Positions 11,828 to 22,566 are shown, counted from the stretch's first letter. The stretch is 64,000 nucleotides of DNA from an uncultured Candidatus Saccharibacteria bacterium (GCA_964399865.1 CAYNRJ010000001.1:394050-458049); one strand, 5' to 3'. Notes: generated from the sequence alone by a model not told the origin. A program made the numbers and translations.

Positions 11828-12429
11828 AGGTCCAATATTCGCTGCACAGCAGTCGCCTGAATATGAAATGTGGTTGTTGTTTTTACTTTCTCCGCCCCCG
11901 CTGTTCCCTTTAGTTCGATAACCACTTTCGGCTGTACAGAATCCCCCCGATCTTCTGCACCTACAACATAGAACGTCATACTTTCGACAGCTACGGTAGG
12001 AGCAGTGACTGCAAAAGAGTGCGCGCCACTGTCTTCCGATTTATAAATACGCTGTGTAACTGCGTCATAGGCGTATACCCATTGATCCTGGTCGTCATTC
12101 GGATTACCCCCGAATGGCTCGAACGCGAGTACCACATCCCCCGCGACATCGCAGTCGTCTGCAGTCGCATACTCTCCAGGACCGCAATGATAATTGCTAC
12201 CCATGCGTATCGCACGGACCATACTATCGAGCGTAACGTTTAGGTTATTCATAACAGAGTGAAGAGCCTGTGTTTTTCTGTTGGCGTCCACAAGTGACAG
12301 AAGCGCAGCAACTGAAATAAGCATCACCACAGCAAAAAGAGCTGAGGCAACGATCATCTCGACAAGAGTAAATCCTGCTTCACCTGTTTTCTTCTTTTTC
12401 TCTTCGGTAGATTTCATAAGACTACTCAA
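11824..12429 (-). CDS. type IV minor pilin (PilW-like)
   Basis: AG|FTLVEMIVA motif. Confidence 0.88.
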   Translation of the reverse strand: MSSLMKSTEEKKKKTGEAGFTLVEMIVASALFAVVMLISVAALLSLVDANRKTQALHSVMNNLNVTLDSMVRAIRMGSNYHCGPGEYATADDCDVAGDVVLAFEPFGGNPNDDQDQWVYAYDAVTQRIYKSEDSGAHSFAVTAPTVAVESMTFYVVGAEDRGDSVQPKVVIELKGTAGAEKVKTTTTFHIQATAVQRILDL

Positions 12430-13078
12430 CAGCTATTTGACCCGTAGCTTCAATGATAACGCTCACCTGATCATCTCTGGGAGATTCTAGAACGATTCGT
12501 GCGCGCTCATATAGCGACCCAGGGCTTATGATCCCAGAATTTCCATTCACGCTTATATATGCGTCAGGCTCGGGCCGCTGAAACAGTATGCTCACCGTAT
12601 TTAGTCCACATACTTCGGCTCCGCCTCCTGAAGGAGTGCCACATATATCTTGTATATGGAAACCGCGCTGCATAGTGGTCGACTGAAGCAGCTCGCCGTG
12701 AGCTGCCTCATATAGTCCGTTTTCTGAACCTGCAGGATAAATATCCGCGAACATCACGTAGGATGTTGGGCTACTTCTGTTGAAATAGACTCCGTACCCT
12801 GTGTCGTAATCACCCGCCCCAAATCGCCTAACTGCTGTTCCATATACCTGCGCTTCGCGAATGGAAAGACCAACATCATAGGCCATGTTCTTGAGTAGGA
12901 TCGCGCCACCAAAGCGCGTATTATTTGCAAGAACTAAACCCGAAATCAGAACTAGGATCCCTGTAACAACGAGAAGCTCTATGAGAGTAAATCCTCGTGT
13001 ATGCGATACGACATTCCTATCTGTGATTGGATATTGGAATTTCATAGATTGCTTTGTCTTCTCATATTCCGTAGACAA
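12422..13078 (-). CDS. type IV minor pilin (FimT/FimU-like)
   Basis: RG|FTLIELLVV motif; start uncertain. Confidence 0.85.
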   Translation of the reverse strand: MSTEYEKTKQSMKFQYPITDRNVVSHTRGFTLIELLVVTGILVLISGLVLANNTRFGGAILLKNMAYDVGLSIREAQVYGTAVRRFGAGDYDTGYGVYFNRSSPTSYVMFADIYPAGSENGLYEAAHGELLQSTTMQRGFHIQDICGTPSGGGAEVCGLNTVSILFQRPEPDAYISVNGNSGIISPGSLYERARIVLESPRDDQVSVIIEATGQIAVE

Positions 13079-13904
13079 TACTCAGTATTGTCAGAGGGAA
13101 CCCGTACATGTGCGCGAACCAAACTAAGAAACATGAGCCAATTAGATACGGCCCGAAGGGTATCTCGCTCTTCATTGTAAGCGGAGAAGAGTTCGATGAA
13201 CCTTCGTTTCCCTCATCGTGTGGAGAACTGAGGAGCCTCCTTCTGAATCGAGTGAAGGACTCTGAAGAAAAATACATCAAGGGGACGGAGATGAGTGCGC
13301 CTATAACAAACGAGAGGAAAAGCGCCGTAAGTCCCCCTTCAATTCCTAGAAGCCATCCGATTGAAAGAGTCAGTTTTGAGTCCCCCAGTCCCATCCATCT
13401 CCCCTTTGAGACGAGCCACAGCGCAAAAAGCGGAAGCGCTGCTATTGGGCCAGCAATAAACGCGGCTATAACAGACGTGTCCGTAACGACTGCGCCAATT
13501 ATTGCGGCTGAAAGAGTAAGGATTCCGAGAATGAACGCCCACGGGTCTGGAATTATCGTCGTACGAAGGTCATGCAATGCGATCGCGATGAAAAGCGCGA
13601 CAATAGGGAGGGCAAGGATCTTGAACGGTAGCGTGATGGATGCAAGAGCTACCCCGATGAAAAGGAGCGCGGTAACTCCTTCAACGAGAGGATACTGAGC
13701 GGATATAGAACTGCTGCAATACCTACAACGACCTTTTAAGATAATCCAAGACAGGACTGGAAGAAGGTCGTACCACTGTAGAGTAGTACCACAGGAAGGA
13801 CATGCGCTCCGTCCCCCAAGCGATTTCTCGCCATGTCTCAAAATGAGGACATTAAGGAAACTTCCTATAATTAGGCCAAAACATCCAAAAACGAGCGGGA
13901 GCAT
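13062..13904 (-). CDS. pilD: prepilin peptidase
   Basis: GSFLNV, CPSC...CRYC, GMGD-like MGLGD, IPFGP. Confidence 0.93.
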   Translation of the reverse strand: MLPLVFGCFGLIIGSFLNVLILRHGEKSLGGRSACPSCGTTLQWYDLLPVLSWIILKGRCRYCSSSISAQYPLVEGVTALLFIGVALASITLPFKILALPIVALFIAIALHDLRTTIIPDPWAFILGILTLSAAIIGAVVTDTSVIAAFIAGPIAALPLFALWLVSKGRWMGLGDSKLTLSIGWLLGIEGGLTALFLSFVIGALISVPLMYFSSESFTRFRRRLLSSPHDEGNEGSSNSSPLTMKSEIPFGPYLIGSCFLVWFAHMYGFPLTILSIVYGI

Positions 13905-13921
13905 TGAAGAGTAGTATAACG

Positions 13922-13948
13922 CAAGAAGCGCCCGTTGGGCGCTTCTTG
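13922..13948. terminator. hairpin between the major pilin genes and pilD
   Basis: CAAGAAGCGCCC-GTT-GGGCGCTTCTTG, 12-bp perfect stem. Confidence 0.7.
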
Positions 13949-13969
13949 ACTCGAAAAAACCGATAACAC

Positions 13970-14461
13970 TTACGGAGCGACGCAATAGACTACTTCAGTT
14001 GCAAGACCTGCGTTTGCGTTACAGTTCGTAGCGCCTCCGTTGATCGTAATTGCCTGAGCTGTGTCGTTGTCGTTCGAAAGTGCGCTTGTCTGTCCGGCAC
14101 CTTCAAGGATTGCTCCTAGGTAGTAGCCAGTACCGCTTCCTGTCTGTACGTAGCCGTATGCTGCAGTACCACCGCTTGGATCAGCTGGAAGAACTGATAT
14201 ATATCCTGGGGTAACAACAGATGCGACGTTGAGAGCTGCTGGGTATGCATTAGATGCATCGTATGCAAGCTCGAGCGCCAACTGAAGCTGCTTAATATCG
14301 GAAACACGACGTGCGTCCCTACCTTTCTTACGAGCACTGTTAAGAGATGCGAGCACGATAGACGAAAGAATGCCGATAATTGCAACGACGACAAGAAGTT
14401 CGATGAGGGTAAAGCCCCTCGAACCACTTACCTCAAGACCGCGTTTAGGAAAAAGTGACAT
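13970..14461 (-). CDS. type IV major-pilin-like protein (copy 2)
   Basis: RG|FTLIELLVVVAIIGILSSIV; first 194 nt identical to copy 1. Confidence 0.92.
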   Translation of the reverse strand: MSLFPKRGLEVSGSRGFTLIELLVVVAIIGILSSIVLASLNSARKKGRDARRVSDIKQLQLALELAYDASNAYPAALNVASVVTPGYISVLPADPSGGTAAYGYVQTGSGTGYYLGAILEGAGQTSALSNDNDTAQAITINGGATNCNANAGLATEVVYCVAP

Positions 14462-14587
14462 GAAAATCTTAGTTAATAGGATAAATTAATAAATGTACGA
14501 GTATCCCCGTGTCGTGTAATTGTACTCTCTCTTTAAGGGAGTGTGACCACTCGTGTGGATAACGTGAAGCCCAAAAAACCCCTAAAT

Positions 14588-15154
14588 TTAAGGTTTTACG
14601 TCGTAACAAGTCTCCGTTCCACCGGGTTGGGCAGTACCGGGGGTCGAATCGCACGTAGAACCTGCAGATAATCCGCTGAATTCGGGGATACCGCCCGTAC
14701 AAGTTGCCGCTACATCCGCATCAGCATCATTTGCAAGCGCAGGGTGTGTTGTAAGTTCTAGCGTCGCACCGAGATGGTACGACGAACAATTTGTCGCTGT
14801 ACCGTTAGCGGCGTAGGAATAATTCGCACCTGTTGAAGGATCTTTCGGGAGCGTAGAGATGAAGCCATTCCCTACGAGACCGGCGCTATTTCCAATGCAT
14901 CCTGCTCCTGTAGCTGAGAACTGAGCTACGTTCGGGTATCTGTTGCAGGAATCGTAGTAGAGCTCGAGCGCCAACTGAAGCTGCTTAATATCGGAAACAC
15001 GACGTGCGTCCCTACCTTTCTTACGAGCACTGTTAAGAGATGCGAGCACGATAGACGAAAGAATGCCGATAATTGCAACGACGACAAGAAGTTCGATGAG
15101 GGTAAAGCCCCTCGAACCACTTACCTCAAGACCGCGTTTAGGAAAAAGTGACAT
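14588..15154 (-). CDS. type IV major-pilin-like protein (copy 1)
   Basis: Same N-terminus; distinct Cys-containing C-terminal domain. Confidence 0.92.
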   Translation of the reverse strand: MSLFPKRGLEVSGSRGFTLIELLVVVAIIGILSSIVLASLNSARKKGRDARRVSDIKQLQLALELYYDSCNRYPNVAQFSATGAGCIGNSAGLVGNGFISTLPKDPSTGANYSYAANGTATNCSSYHLGATLELTTHPALANDADADVAATCTGGIPEFSGLSAGSTCDSTPGTAQPGGTETCYDVKP

Positions 15155-15162
15155 ACATCATT

Positions 15163-16371
15163 CTAGAATCCTGACGCAAGGTTATAAATTGGGATTAGGA
15201 CCGACGCGAGAAGCATGGCGACACCAAGCGCTAGGGCCACGATCATGAATGGTTCGATAAGGGAAACGAGCGTATCGACGGAATGATTGACCTCTCGACG
15301 ATAAAAGCGTGACATAGTATCGAGCACGTGCCCGGTATTTCCTGTCTCTTCACCGATCTTGAGCATCGCCACGATAATTCCGGGGATTTCTGGGTGCTTT
15401 CTGAGCGCTTCGGACACAGGAAGACCTGCTTTCACATCAATAACTGCCGTCGCAAGGATCTTTTCGTATGTCACATCCCCTACAACAACTCCTGTGATCT
15501 CGAGAGATCGCAACATCTGAATACCGCTTTGAAGCATGGTGGAGAGGTTGTCTGTAATGCGAGAGAGGAACAATTTTTTGTAGATTCCTCCGATGACAGG
15601 AATCTGAAGTCGTGCTCGGGAGAACATCTCCTTTCCCGCTTTTGTCATGCCGAATCTAAACAAGAAAAATCCTCCCGCCCCTACCATGATCGCGAGCAGA
15701 AGAACATAATCTGTGAAGAAATTACTGAGGCCTATGACGACTTTCGTGTAGATAGGTAGTTCCTGTCCCACTTCTGAAAGAATGCTTGAAAGATTTGGGA
15801 TCACGACCGTGAGCATCACGATCATGACGATGAGGAACGTAAGGGTGATGAATGCTGGGTAGATGAGCGCATTTCTCGCCTTTTGCGTTATTTCGTAGTT
15901 ACGATCCATATAGTCAGAGAGGTACGTGAATGTCTCGTCCAGTTTTCCTGATTCCTCTCCTGCTTTCACCATGTTCACGTAAAAGGACGTGAATACATCA
16001 GGATGCCTCGAGAGCGCGACTGAGATAGCGCTTCCACTTTGAATGTCGTTTGCTATCTCAGTCAATTTCCCAGCGAGCTTAGGTGTGCGCGCTTCAGAAG
16101 CAAGGAGACGGAATGCGCGCAGGGCTGAGACCTGAGCTTCGAACAGCGTTGTTATCTGTCTCGATATCATCACGAGATCAGAGTTCGTTATACGGTCAAA
16201 AAATGATATGCGACTGAGGGGAGAAACTTTATCTTGTACTGGATCAATGTCTGAAATAACGAGATTGCGCCTCTGGAGTGCAGTGATTGCAACGTCAATA
16301 TTGACGGCATCGATCGTACCTTGTCTCTGCGCGCCTTCAGAATCAACTGCTGTGTATTTAAATAGGGACAT
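15163..16371 (-). CDS. pilC: type IV pilus platform protein
   Basis: Two GspF-type domains, AGEESGKL, LIEP. Confidence 0.93.
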   Translation of the reverse strand: MSLFKYTAVDSEGAQRQGTIDAVNIDVAITALQRRNLVISDIDPVQDKVSPLSRISFFDRITNSDLVMISRQITTLFEAQVSALRAFRLLASEARTPKLAGKLTEIANDIQSGSAISVALSRHPDVFTSFYVNMVKAGEESGKLDETFTYLSDYMDRNYEITQKARNALIYPAFITLTFLIVMIVMLTVVIPNLSSILSEVGQELPIYTKVVIGLSNFFTDYVLLLAIMVGAGGFFLFRFGMTKAGKEMFSRARLQIPVIGGIYKKLFLSRITDNLSTMLQSGIQMLRSLEITGVVVGDVTYEKILATAVIDVKAGLPVSEALRKHPEIPGIIVAMLKIGEETGNTGHVLDTMSRFYRREVNHSVDTLVSLIEPFMIVALALGVAMLLASVLIPIYNLASGF

Positions 16372-16384
16372 ATAGACAACTTAC

Positions 16385-17449
16385 CTACAAAAGTTTCTGG
16401 AGGACGTTCGGATTGAGTGAATATTGATAGGCACTTTCTACCGTTACTTCCCCGCGTGCCACCAAGTCCGCGAGTGATCGGTTCATATCGATCATCCCCT
16501 CACCCGAACCTGTCTCGATCACCGTATTTATCTCGTGAGTGCGTTTTTCACGTATCAAATTCGCAATCGCTTTATTATTTATGAGAAGTTCATACGCTGG
16601 AATGAGCCCGCCGGATACTCGTGGGATGAGACGTTGACTGAAAATACCGGCAAGGGACGACGCAAGCTGCAGTCGTATCTGATCCTGCTGCGAAGCCGGG
16701 AAGGTATCGATGATACGGTCGATGGTTTGGGCAGCGTTGTTCGTGTGGAGCGTAGAGAAGACAAGGTGCCCTGTTTCTGCCGCTGTGACTGCCGCAGACA
16801 TCGTTTCCGGCCCTCGCATTTCTCCCACGAGGAGTACATCCACGTCCTGACGGAATGCTGATTGAAGTGCTGTAGCGAAATCTTTTGTATCTATATGCAC
16901 TTCTCGTTGATCGACGAGGGACTGTTTTGGAGTGTGAACGTATTCGATCGGATCTTCTATTGTCACAATATGTTCCATTCGCTCGCCATTGATGAGATCG
17001 ATGAGAGATGCGAGTGTGGTCGACTTCCCTTGCCCCACGGGACCTACAACAAGGAAGAAACCTTGACTCTTCCTCGCAAAACTCGTCAAAATGTCAGGCA
17101 AATTCAATTCTGCGATCGTGCGAATAGTCTTTGGAATGAGACGAAGTGCTATACCGATCGAGCCTCGCTGCACGAATGCGTTCCCCCGAAAACGTAAGCC
17201 ATCTTCCGTTTCATATGCGAAGTCCATTTCCTGCTCTTTAAGGAATCGTGCTTCCTGGTCCGGAGAGAGCAGTATTTTAGAGAAGGCAAGATTGTCCTCA
17301 GGAGTGAGCACGGGCTCTTTGAGCATGGGAGAGAGATTGCTCGCAACACGGATCGTAGGGTGAGCTTCAGTCGATAAGTGTAGATCGCTTCCACCTTCGT
17401 GCACGAGCACATTGATGTATTTTTTGAGCGTCGCTGCGTAATCGGTCAT
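16385..17449 (-). CDS. pilT: pilus retraction ATPase
   Basis: GPVGQGKSTT, TIEDPIE, AAETGHLVFSTLHT, AIANLIRE. Confidence 0.95.
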   Translation of the reverse strand: MTDYAATLKKYINVLVHEGGSDLHLSTEAHPTIRVASNLSPMLKEPVLTPEDNLAFSKILLSPDQEARFLKEQEMDFAYETEDGLRFRGNAFVQRGSIGIALRLIPKTIRTIAELNLPDILTSFARKSQGFFLVVGPVGQGKSTTLASLIDLINGERMEHIVTIEDPIEYVHTPKQSLVDQREVHIDTKDFATALQSAFRQDVDVLLVGEMRGPETMSAAVTAAETGHLVFSTLHTNNAAQTIDRIIDTFPASQQDQIRLQLASSLAGIFSQRLIPRVSGGLIPAYELLINNKAIANLIREKRTHEINTVIETGSGEGMIDMNRSLADLVARGEVTVESAYQYSLNPNVLQKLL

Positions 17450-17519
17450 AGATGTAGTATATCGTGTTTATGCGCTAGATTCCGTCCTCTACTGTGAATT
17501 AGAGCGTTGTAGGAAAAAT

Positions 17520-17939
17520 TTATTTCTTTGATTTCCCCTTCGCTATCTCTCCTTTTATCGCTTCCACGACTTCGGAAGGAATCATGCTCGCTTTTACGAT
17601 GTACCGATCTACGCCGAGATCTTCTGCACGCTTCTTTTCCGAGTCACTCGACTGGTTCGTAAGCGCGACCTTTACCGCATGGGGTGCCAAGGAATCATTC
17701 TTCATGGTCTCCAAAAATGAAAACCCATCCCCTTCTGGCATCAGGATGTCGAACACAACCGCTTCTGGATCAAATCCTCCGCGAAGCACAGTAAGAGCGT
17801 CTCCTACGGAAAGACAAGCGTGCACGGTAAAACCCGCCGCCTTAAACTTCATGCTGTACATATCCATGAGGAATTTGTCATCGTCCACAAGAAGCACAGT
17901 TCCGGAAGTCTTATCAGTACTTGTGGGTGCGTTTTCCAT
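17520..17939 (-). CDS. single-domain response regulator
   Basis: LLVDDD, FDILMP..DG, LTN and YIVK receiver motifs. Confidence 0.9.
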   Translation of the reverse strand: MENAPTSTDKTSGTVLLVDDDKFLMDMYSMKFKAAGFTVHACLSVGDALTVLRGGFDPEAVVFDILMPEGDGFSFLETMKNDSLAPHAVKVALTNQSSDSEKKRAEDLGVDRYIVKASMIPSEVVEAIKGEIAKGKSKK

Positions 17940-17950
17940 AGATAGTTTAA

Positions 17951-19732
17951 TTATACGGATAGTTCCCCAGTATCCTTCTTAGGAGGGGGTACAACCTCTG
18001 GACCAGTTTCGGGAGGTGTTCCTTCCGCCGCAACAGGAGGAGTCGGCTCATCTTCACCGCCTATGAGAAGCCTTGAGAGCGAACTTACCTCTGAGAACGG
18101 CACCTTCTTATCGAACGCTTTTAGAAGCGCGTCTTCTTGCATAGTGAGCATTCCCTGCGCACGTGCAGCCGCCCACAATTTGGAATCTACTGGATTCTCG
18201 AGGATGATGCGTTCCAATTGCGCTGACATTTCGAGTGTTTCGAACACTGCCATACGTCCTCGCATTCCCGTTGGAGATTCAGGAGTACGTTTTGCTTCCC
18301 ACACCGTCTTTGGAACCTTGAAACGATACTGCTCCGGAAGGGATTTTATTTGGGTTTCGATATTCTTTCTATCGCTAGGAGATATCTCTATCTCCTCTTC
18401 TGCTCCTTCGGCAAATCTTCGTACAAGACGTTGTGCCATTGAGACTATGAGAACTGGCGGAATAAGGTACGGCTCAACACCCATGTCGATAAGACGAGGG
18501 ATGGTACCGACTGCGTCATTGGTGTGAATTGTGGAGAGCACCAGGTGACCTGTGAGTGCAGCTTGGATCGCGAGTTTCGCGGTCTCTCCATCACGGATTT
18601 CCCCGACCATGATGATGTCCGGGTCCTGGCGGAGCGTTGTACGGAGACCTGTCGCAAAAGTGTATCCGATCTCCGGACGTACTTGGGACTGCGTCACGTC
18701 TTCTACGAAATATTCCACTGGATCCTCAAGTGAGAGAACGTTTTTGTGCTCGCGATCCATTTCCGAGAGCATGGAATAGAGCGTAGTTGATTTACCGCTT
18801 CCTGTAGGACCAGAGATGAGAATAAGTCCATGAGGTCTTTGTATCGCTTTTCGGAGTATACCGAGACTACGTTCGGTAAGACCAATGTCGGCAAGTGGAA
18901 TAAAGCCTTGCTCACGATCGAGAATACGGATCACGATCTTCTCTCCGTAGTACGAAGGAAATGTTGAAACACGGAAGTCTATTTCCCTACCCTCGATCGA
19001 AGCGGAGAATCGGCCATCTTGCGGTTTTCTTTGCTCGTCGAGTCGCATTGAGGAAAGCACTTTCACGCGAGCGATAAGCGATCGGTGCGTCGCCACAGGA
19101 AGAATGACACTTGTGTGGAGTTCACCGTCAACGCGATACCTGACGCGCACGCCAGAGGGTCTCGGCTCGATATGGATGTCTGAAGCTTTCCCATCGATTG
19201 CATAGCGGAGTATTGTCGAAACGAGTTTGATGGTCGGCGCATCTTCTTGAAAATTCTTCAGTGGTCCCCCATCAGGATTCTTGCGCACAGAGGCATCGTC
19301 CAAATCAAGTGGAGCTGCTTCGACATTTATAGGCTTATCTTCTTTTCGCTCTGTCTCAATATCAACAACCGCACGATCCACTTCCCCGCCAAGACCTCGG
19401 TACATTGAGAGTACTTTTTCGAAATCTTCTTTCGTGATCTTGAAGACCTTGAACGGCATTCCGGTCGATCGCGCGATGAAATTCAGCGCGTCAAACCCCT
19501 GAATGTCGTCTGGGTCCACCATGCCGACTTCAAGCACTCCTTCGGTAACAGAAAGCGGCGCCAACCGATAATGTTCTGCCGATTCTTCTGGGATAAGTTT
19601 CAGGACATCATAGGGGACCTTATTATCCCCGAGGGTACGCTTCGGTACGGTAAGACCAGTACCACCATCTACTGGTAGATCTTCCTCTTGAGGCGAGTCT
19701 CCCTGCGCTATATCTCCTTTTGTTCTTGCCAT
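17951..19732 (-). CDS. pilB: pilus assembly ATPase (GspE/PilB)
   Basis: ASDIHIEP, GPTGSGKSTT, LRQDPDIIMVGEIRD. Confidence 0.95.
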   Translation of the reverse strand: MARTKGDIAQGDSPQEEDLPVDGGTGLTVPKRTLGDNKVPYDVLKLIPEESAEHYRLAPLSVTEGVLEVGMVDPDDIQGFDALNFIARSTGMPFKVFKITKEDFEKVLSMYRGLGGEVDRAVVDIETERKEDKPINVEAAPLDLDDASVRKNPDGGPLKNFQEDAPTIKLVSTILRYAIDGKASDIHIEPRPSGVRVRYRVDGELHTSVILPVATHRSLIARVKVLSSMRLDEQRKPQDGRFSASIEGREIDFRVSTFPSYYGEKIVIRILDREQGFIPLADIGLTERSLGILRKAIQRPHGLILISGPTGSGKSTTLYSMLSEMDREHKNVLSLEDPVEYFVEDVTQSQVRPEIGYTFATGLRTTLRQDPDIIMVGEIRDGETAKLAIQAALTGHLVLSTIHTNDAVGTIPRLIDMGVEPYLIPPVLIVSMAQRLVRRFAEGAEEEIEISPSDRKNIETQIKSLPEQYRFKVPKTVWEAKRTPESPTGMRGRMAVFETLEMSAQLERIILENPVDSKLWAAARAQGMLTMQEDALLKAFDKKVPFSEVSSLSRLLIGGEDEPTPPVAAEGTPPETGPEVVPPPKKDTGELSV

Positions 19733-19751
19733 ACCTATGTATTAGGTGGCA

Positions 19752-20102
19752 TTACGGTCGCGGAGGAACGGTTTGTGTGCCACTTGCTGGAGTAGGTGCA
19801 GTTTGCCCGTCGCGAGGAGCAAATGGATTTACGCGACCAGTTTTTTCAGGAACGATCTCAGAACCAAAATCCTGGAGAATCGCGAAGACGGGATCGGTAA
19901 AGATCGTACCGGATAGAGATACAGCTCGAAGCGTGAGAAGAGTGTCGACAATTCCTCGCTCCGCTGGGTTCTCATTTGCGACGGTTGTCGTCAACAATTC
20001 ATCATTTGAATCGCCAGAAGAAAAGAAATACCACATGCCGCCGAGAACTACCGCCCCGATGACGATGGTGAGAAGTAAGTGACGTGAGAGCATTGCTACC
20101 AT
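19752..20102 (-). CDS. membrane-anchored pilus accessory protein (PilP position)
   Basis: N-terminal TM, GRVNPFAP motif; follows pilO. Confidence 0.6.
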   Translation of the reverse strand: MVAMLSRHLLLTIVIGAVVLGGMWYFFSSGDSNDELLTTTVANENPAERGIVDTLLTLRAVSLSGTIFTDPVFAILQDFGSEIVPEKTGRVNPFAPRDGQTAPTPASGTQTVPPRP

Positions 20103-20106
20103 AGGA

Positions 20107-20679
20107 TTACTTGAGCCAATAGGTCCTAATAGTAATGTCGAAGCGATACGTTGGTTCAGTCTGCTCTTCCGTTCCCGTATCAGGCGTGAGCGACAACGAT
20201 ACGATATCGGTTATACGCAAACTCGATTCGAGCGACTCGATGAATTGAACAAACGACTCGTAGGTTGCTCTGGTGGAGAATCGGAGCGTCAAGGAATCAA
20301 ATTTCTCTCTTGCGGCTCCTATCGTGCCGAGGACGGAATTCTCGCCCGTTTCACTACCGGGAGTACTGATGACAACGTTCTGGAGCGCCATGCCATGCTT
20401 AGCCGCAAGATTATCGAGATCTAGGACGAGACGAACGTTGTCCACGTGATTTGGCAACATTTTCTCGAGTCGCGACACATCGTTTGGATCAAATGTGTTG
20501 TATGTAGAGAGAAGTGACTGCTTCAATTGCTGAAGTTCGGCTGCCTTTGCGAGGGCCTGATCATACTGAGCGATCTCAACTTTTACTGAGGCAAGCGCAT
20601 CGTAGGTTGGGCGCGTATACATGAAAAATATCGCCGCTCCGATACCTAGTGCTACTGCTGCAAAAATGATTTTAATCAT
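20107..20679 (-). CDS. pilO: PilO-like protein
   Basis: TM, coiled coil, KMLP, Y..FVQFIESLE..LR. Confidence 0.8.
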   Translation of the reverse strand: MIKIIFAAVALGIGAAIFFMYTRPTYDALASVKVEIAQYDQALAKAAELQQLKQSLLSTYNTFDPNDVSRLEKMLPNHVDNVRLVLDLDNLAAKHGMALQNVVISTPGSETGENSVLGTIGAAREKFDSLTLRFSTRATYESFVQFIESLESSLRITDIVSLSLTPDTGTEEQTEPTYRFDITIRTYWLK

Positions 20680-20688
20680 ACCTTTATA

Positions 20689-21387
20689 TTATTCGTCGAG
20701 AGCAGGTTCTTCCGCAGGCGGAGCATCGAATGGTGAGACAGGTTCTGTAGGGACGGGGGTTGTTTGAATTTGCTCAGGAAGCGCTTGCGAGACACCACGT
20801 ATTAGATTGGTGTAATTAATCGCGGATGGATTTATGAGCGCGTTAAAACTGAAATGAACACCGTCCGGCTTTCGATCAATGTTGGAGAATATTGGACTTG
20901 TGACCATACCTACTTTAGTGAAAAGATCGGCTTGCAGTGCTATCGCATTCATACTTCCTGCTACCCCTTCCATGCGAAGGGTCATACGGTCAGACTCTAC
21001 CCCCTCGAATCCGAGAGATCGAAATGTGATCGCGCTTACCGTCGTTTGCTCTAACATTCTGAAAAGCGCAGATACCGCAACGTGCCTACCTAAAACATCC
21101 CCCGCGACTCGCATGCGATCGTCGAGCCGCGCAAGTTGATGAATAAGCTCAGGCTCAAACGCTGCGCTGGCTCTTTCGAGCTGAGCCTTCTTTGACGTAA
21201 GGCTACTGCGCAAGAATTGATCGTAGAGGAATACTCCGGCCCCAAGTGCAGCTGAACCAACGAAAAGCACGACCGCGATGAGTGTGAAAAGCTCAAGAAG
21301 ACCGCTCGACCCTCGTCGATGCGGATGAATCGCCTCCCCCGCGTCGTGAGGGATAAAAGATGGTGGTGCTTTTGGTGCTCCCGGCAT
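20689..21387 (-). CDS. PilN-like protein
   Basis: TM plus coiled coil; lies between pilM and pilO. Confidence 0.65.
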   Translation of the reverse strand: MPGAPKAPPSFIPHDAGEAIHPHRRGSSGLLELFTLIAVVLFVGSAALGAGVFLYDQFLRSSLTSKKAQLERASAAFEPELIHQLARLDDRMRVAGDVLGRHVAVSALFRMLEQTTVSAITFRSLGFEGVESDRMTLRMEGVAGSMNAIALQADLFTKVGMVTSPIFSNIDRKPDGVHFSFNALINPSAINYTNLIRGVSQALPEQIQTTPVPTEPVSPFDAPPAEEPALDE

Positions 21388-21414
21388 ATGTAAATATTTT
21401 TTTCTTCACTTCCT

Positions 21415-22566
21415 CTAGGATTGTTTCAACTTGCGCAAGACCAACCCTACTGAAACCGCAAACCCAGGACCGATTTCGCGAAGCACATCTCCGAGGAATG
21501 CTGGGGCTTCTGTCCGAGCGAACGGATCAGCTACCTCCACTTCCGCGTGTAAAGAGGTTTTTGCTGCCTCAGCAATTCCGGGCAAGGATGCGCCACCGCC
21601 CGAAAGAATGACGCGTGCCACGTTTTTGTTATATCGCTGCCCGTAACTCAATAGTACCCGATTTACTTCACCAAAAACACGCTCAAGTGTTGATAACAGT
21701 GATGTCTTGATGCGTTCGTTCTCATCCGTTGAGTATGCTTCCGAATTATTTAATCCTCGTTCGCGTTTTACGCGCTCTGCCTTTTCAAAATCCCACTCAA
21801 GCGATCGTGAAAGTACTTCTGTCATCTGTTGACCGCCCACAGTGATGAGGTGTGTGAGCCGAACGATCCCTCGTTCGACGACGTACATCTTCGTCGTTGC
21901 GGCGCCTAAGTCGACGACCATGACAGGAGCTATGCCATGACCGAGCGAAGAGCGCACAACGCTAAATATTTCTATTTCATAAAAATCTGAAGTGAGCCCG
22001 GCGTCGGCAACCGTTGTCTGTAGATTCTCCACAGTACTGTTGTGTATCGCAACAAGGAGTACCTCTTGGCCGTTTGGGTGAACAGGGCCTGGGCCAACTC
22101 TATCGAACGCGCTCGACTCCCCTTCTTCTTCAGGGATTGGAAACCAATCAAGAGTGACTTCAGAAATGGGTACCGGGATATATTTGCGAGCTTCGATCGG
22201 GATAATGCGCTTCAGAGATTCTTTGTCGACCTTTGGGAGATCAAGGATCGAAATAAGGCTCGAGGAGAACGGTATGGAGATGCCGCCAGTTGTTGCGGTG
22301 ACATTCGCCTCTTTCATAAGATCCCGAAGAGCCTCCGCAGTCTTTTCAGGAGAAAGCTTCACTACCTTACCAATCGGTTGTCCCCCATACGGACCAAGTG
22401 CTATCTCACCATACGTCTCTAAGACTGCCGCACCGCGAGAAGCGCGCAGTTGGACGATCTTTGCTGAGCTTGATCCGATATCAACTCCAAAAATACTACC
22501 CTCAGCACCTCCGCCACCGAGTGCGGATGAAAACTTCTTCCCGAAACCTCCAAAAGAGAACGCCAT
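21415..22566 (-). CDS. pilM: type IV pilus assembly protein PilM
   Basis: Actin-like GVDIGSSSAK, VDLGAATT, LSGGGA. Confidence 0.92.
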   Translation of the reverse strand: MAFSFGGFGKKFSSALGGGGAEGSIFGVDIGSSSAKIVQLRASRGAAVLETYGEIALGPYGGQPIGKVVKLSPEKTAEALRDLMKEANVTATTGGISIPFSSSLISILDLPKVDKESLKRIIPIEARKYIPVPISEVTLDWFPIPEEEGESSAFDRVGPGPVHPNGQEVLLVAIHNSTVENLQTTVADAGLTSDFYEIEIFSVVRSSLGHGIAPVMVVDLGAATTKMYVVERGIVRLTHLITVGGQQMTEVLSRSLEWDFEKAERVKRERGLNNSEAYSTDENERIKTSLLSTLERVFGEVNRVLLSYGQRYNKNVARVILSGGGASLPGIAEAAKTSLHAEVEVADPFARTEAPAFLGDVLREIGPGFAVSVGLVLRKLKQS

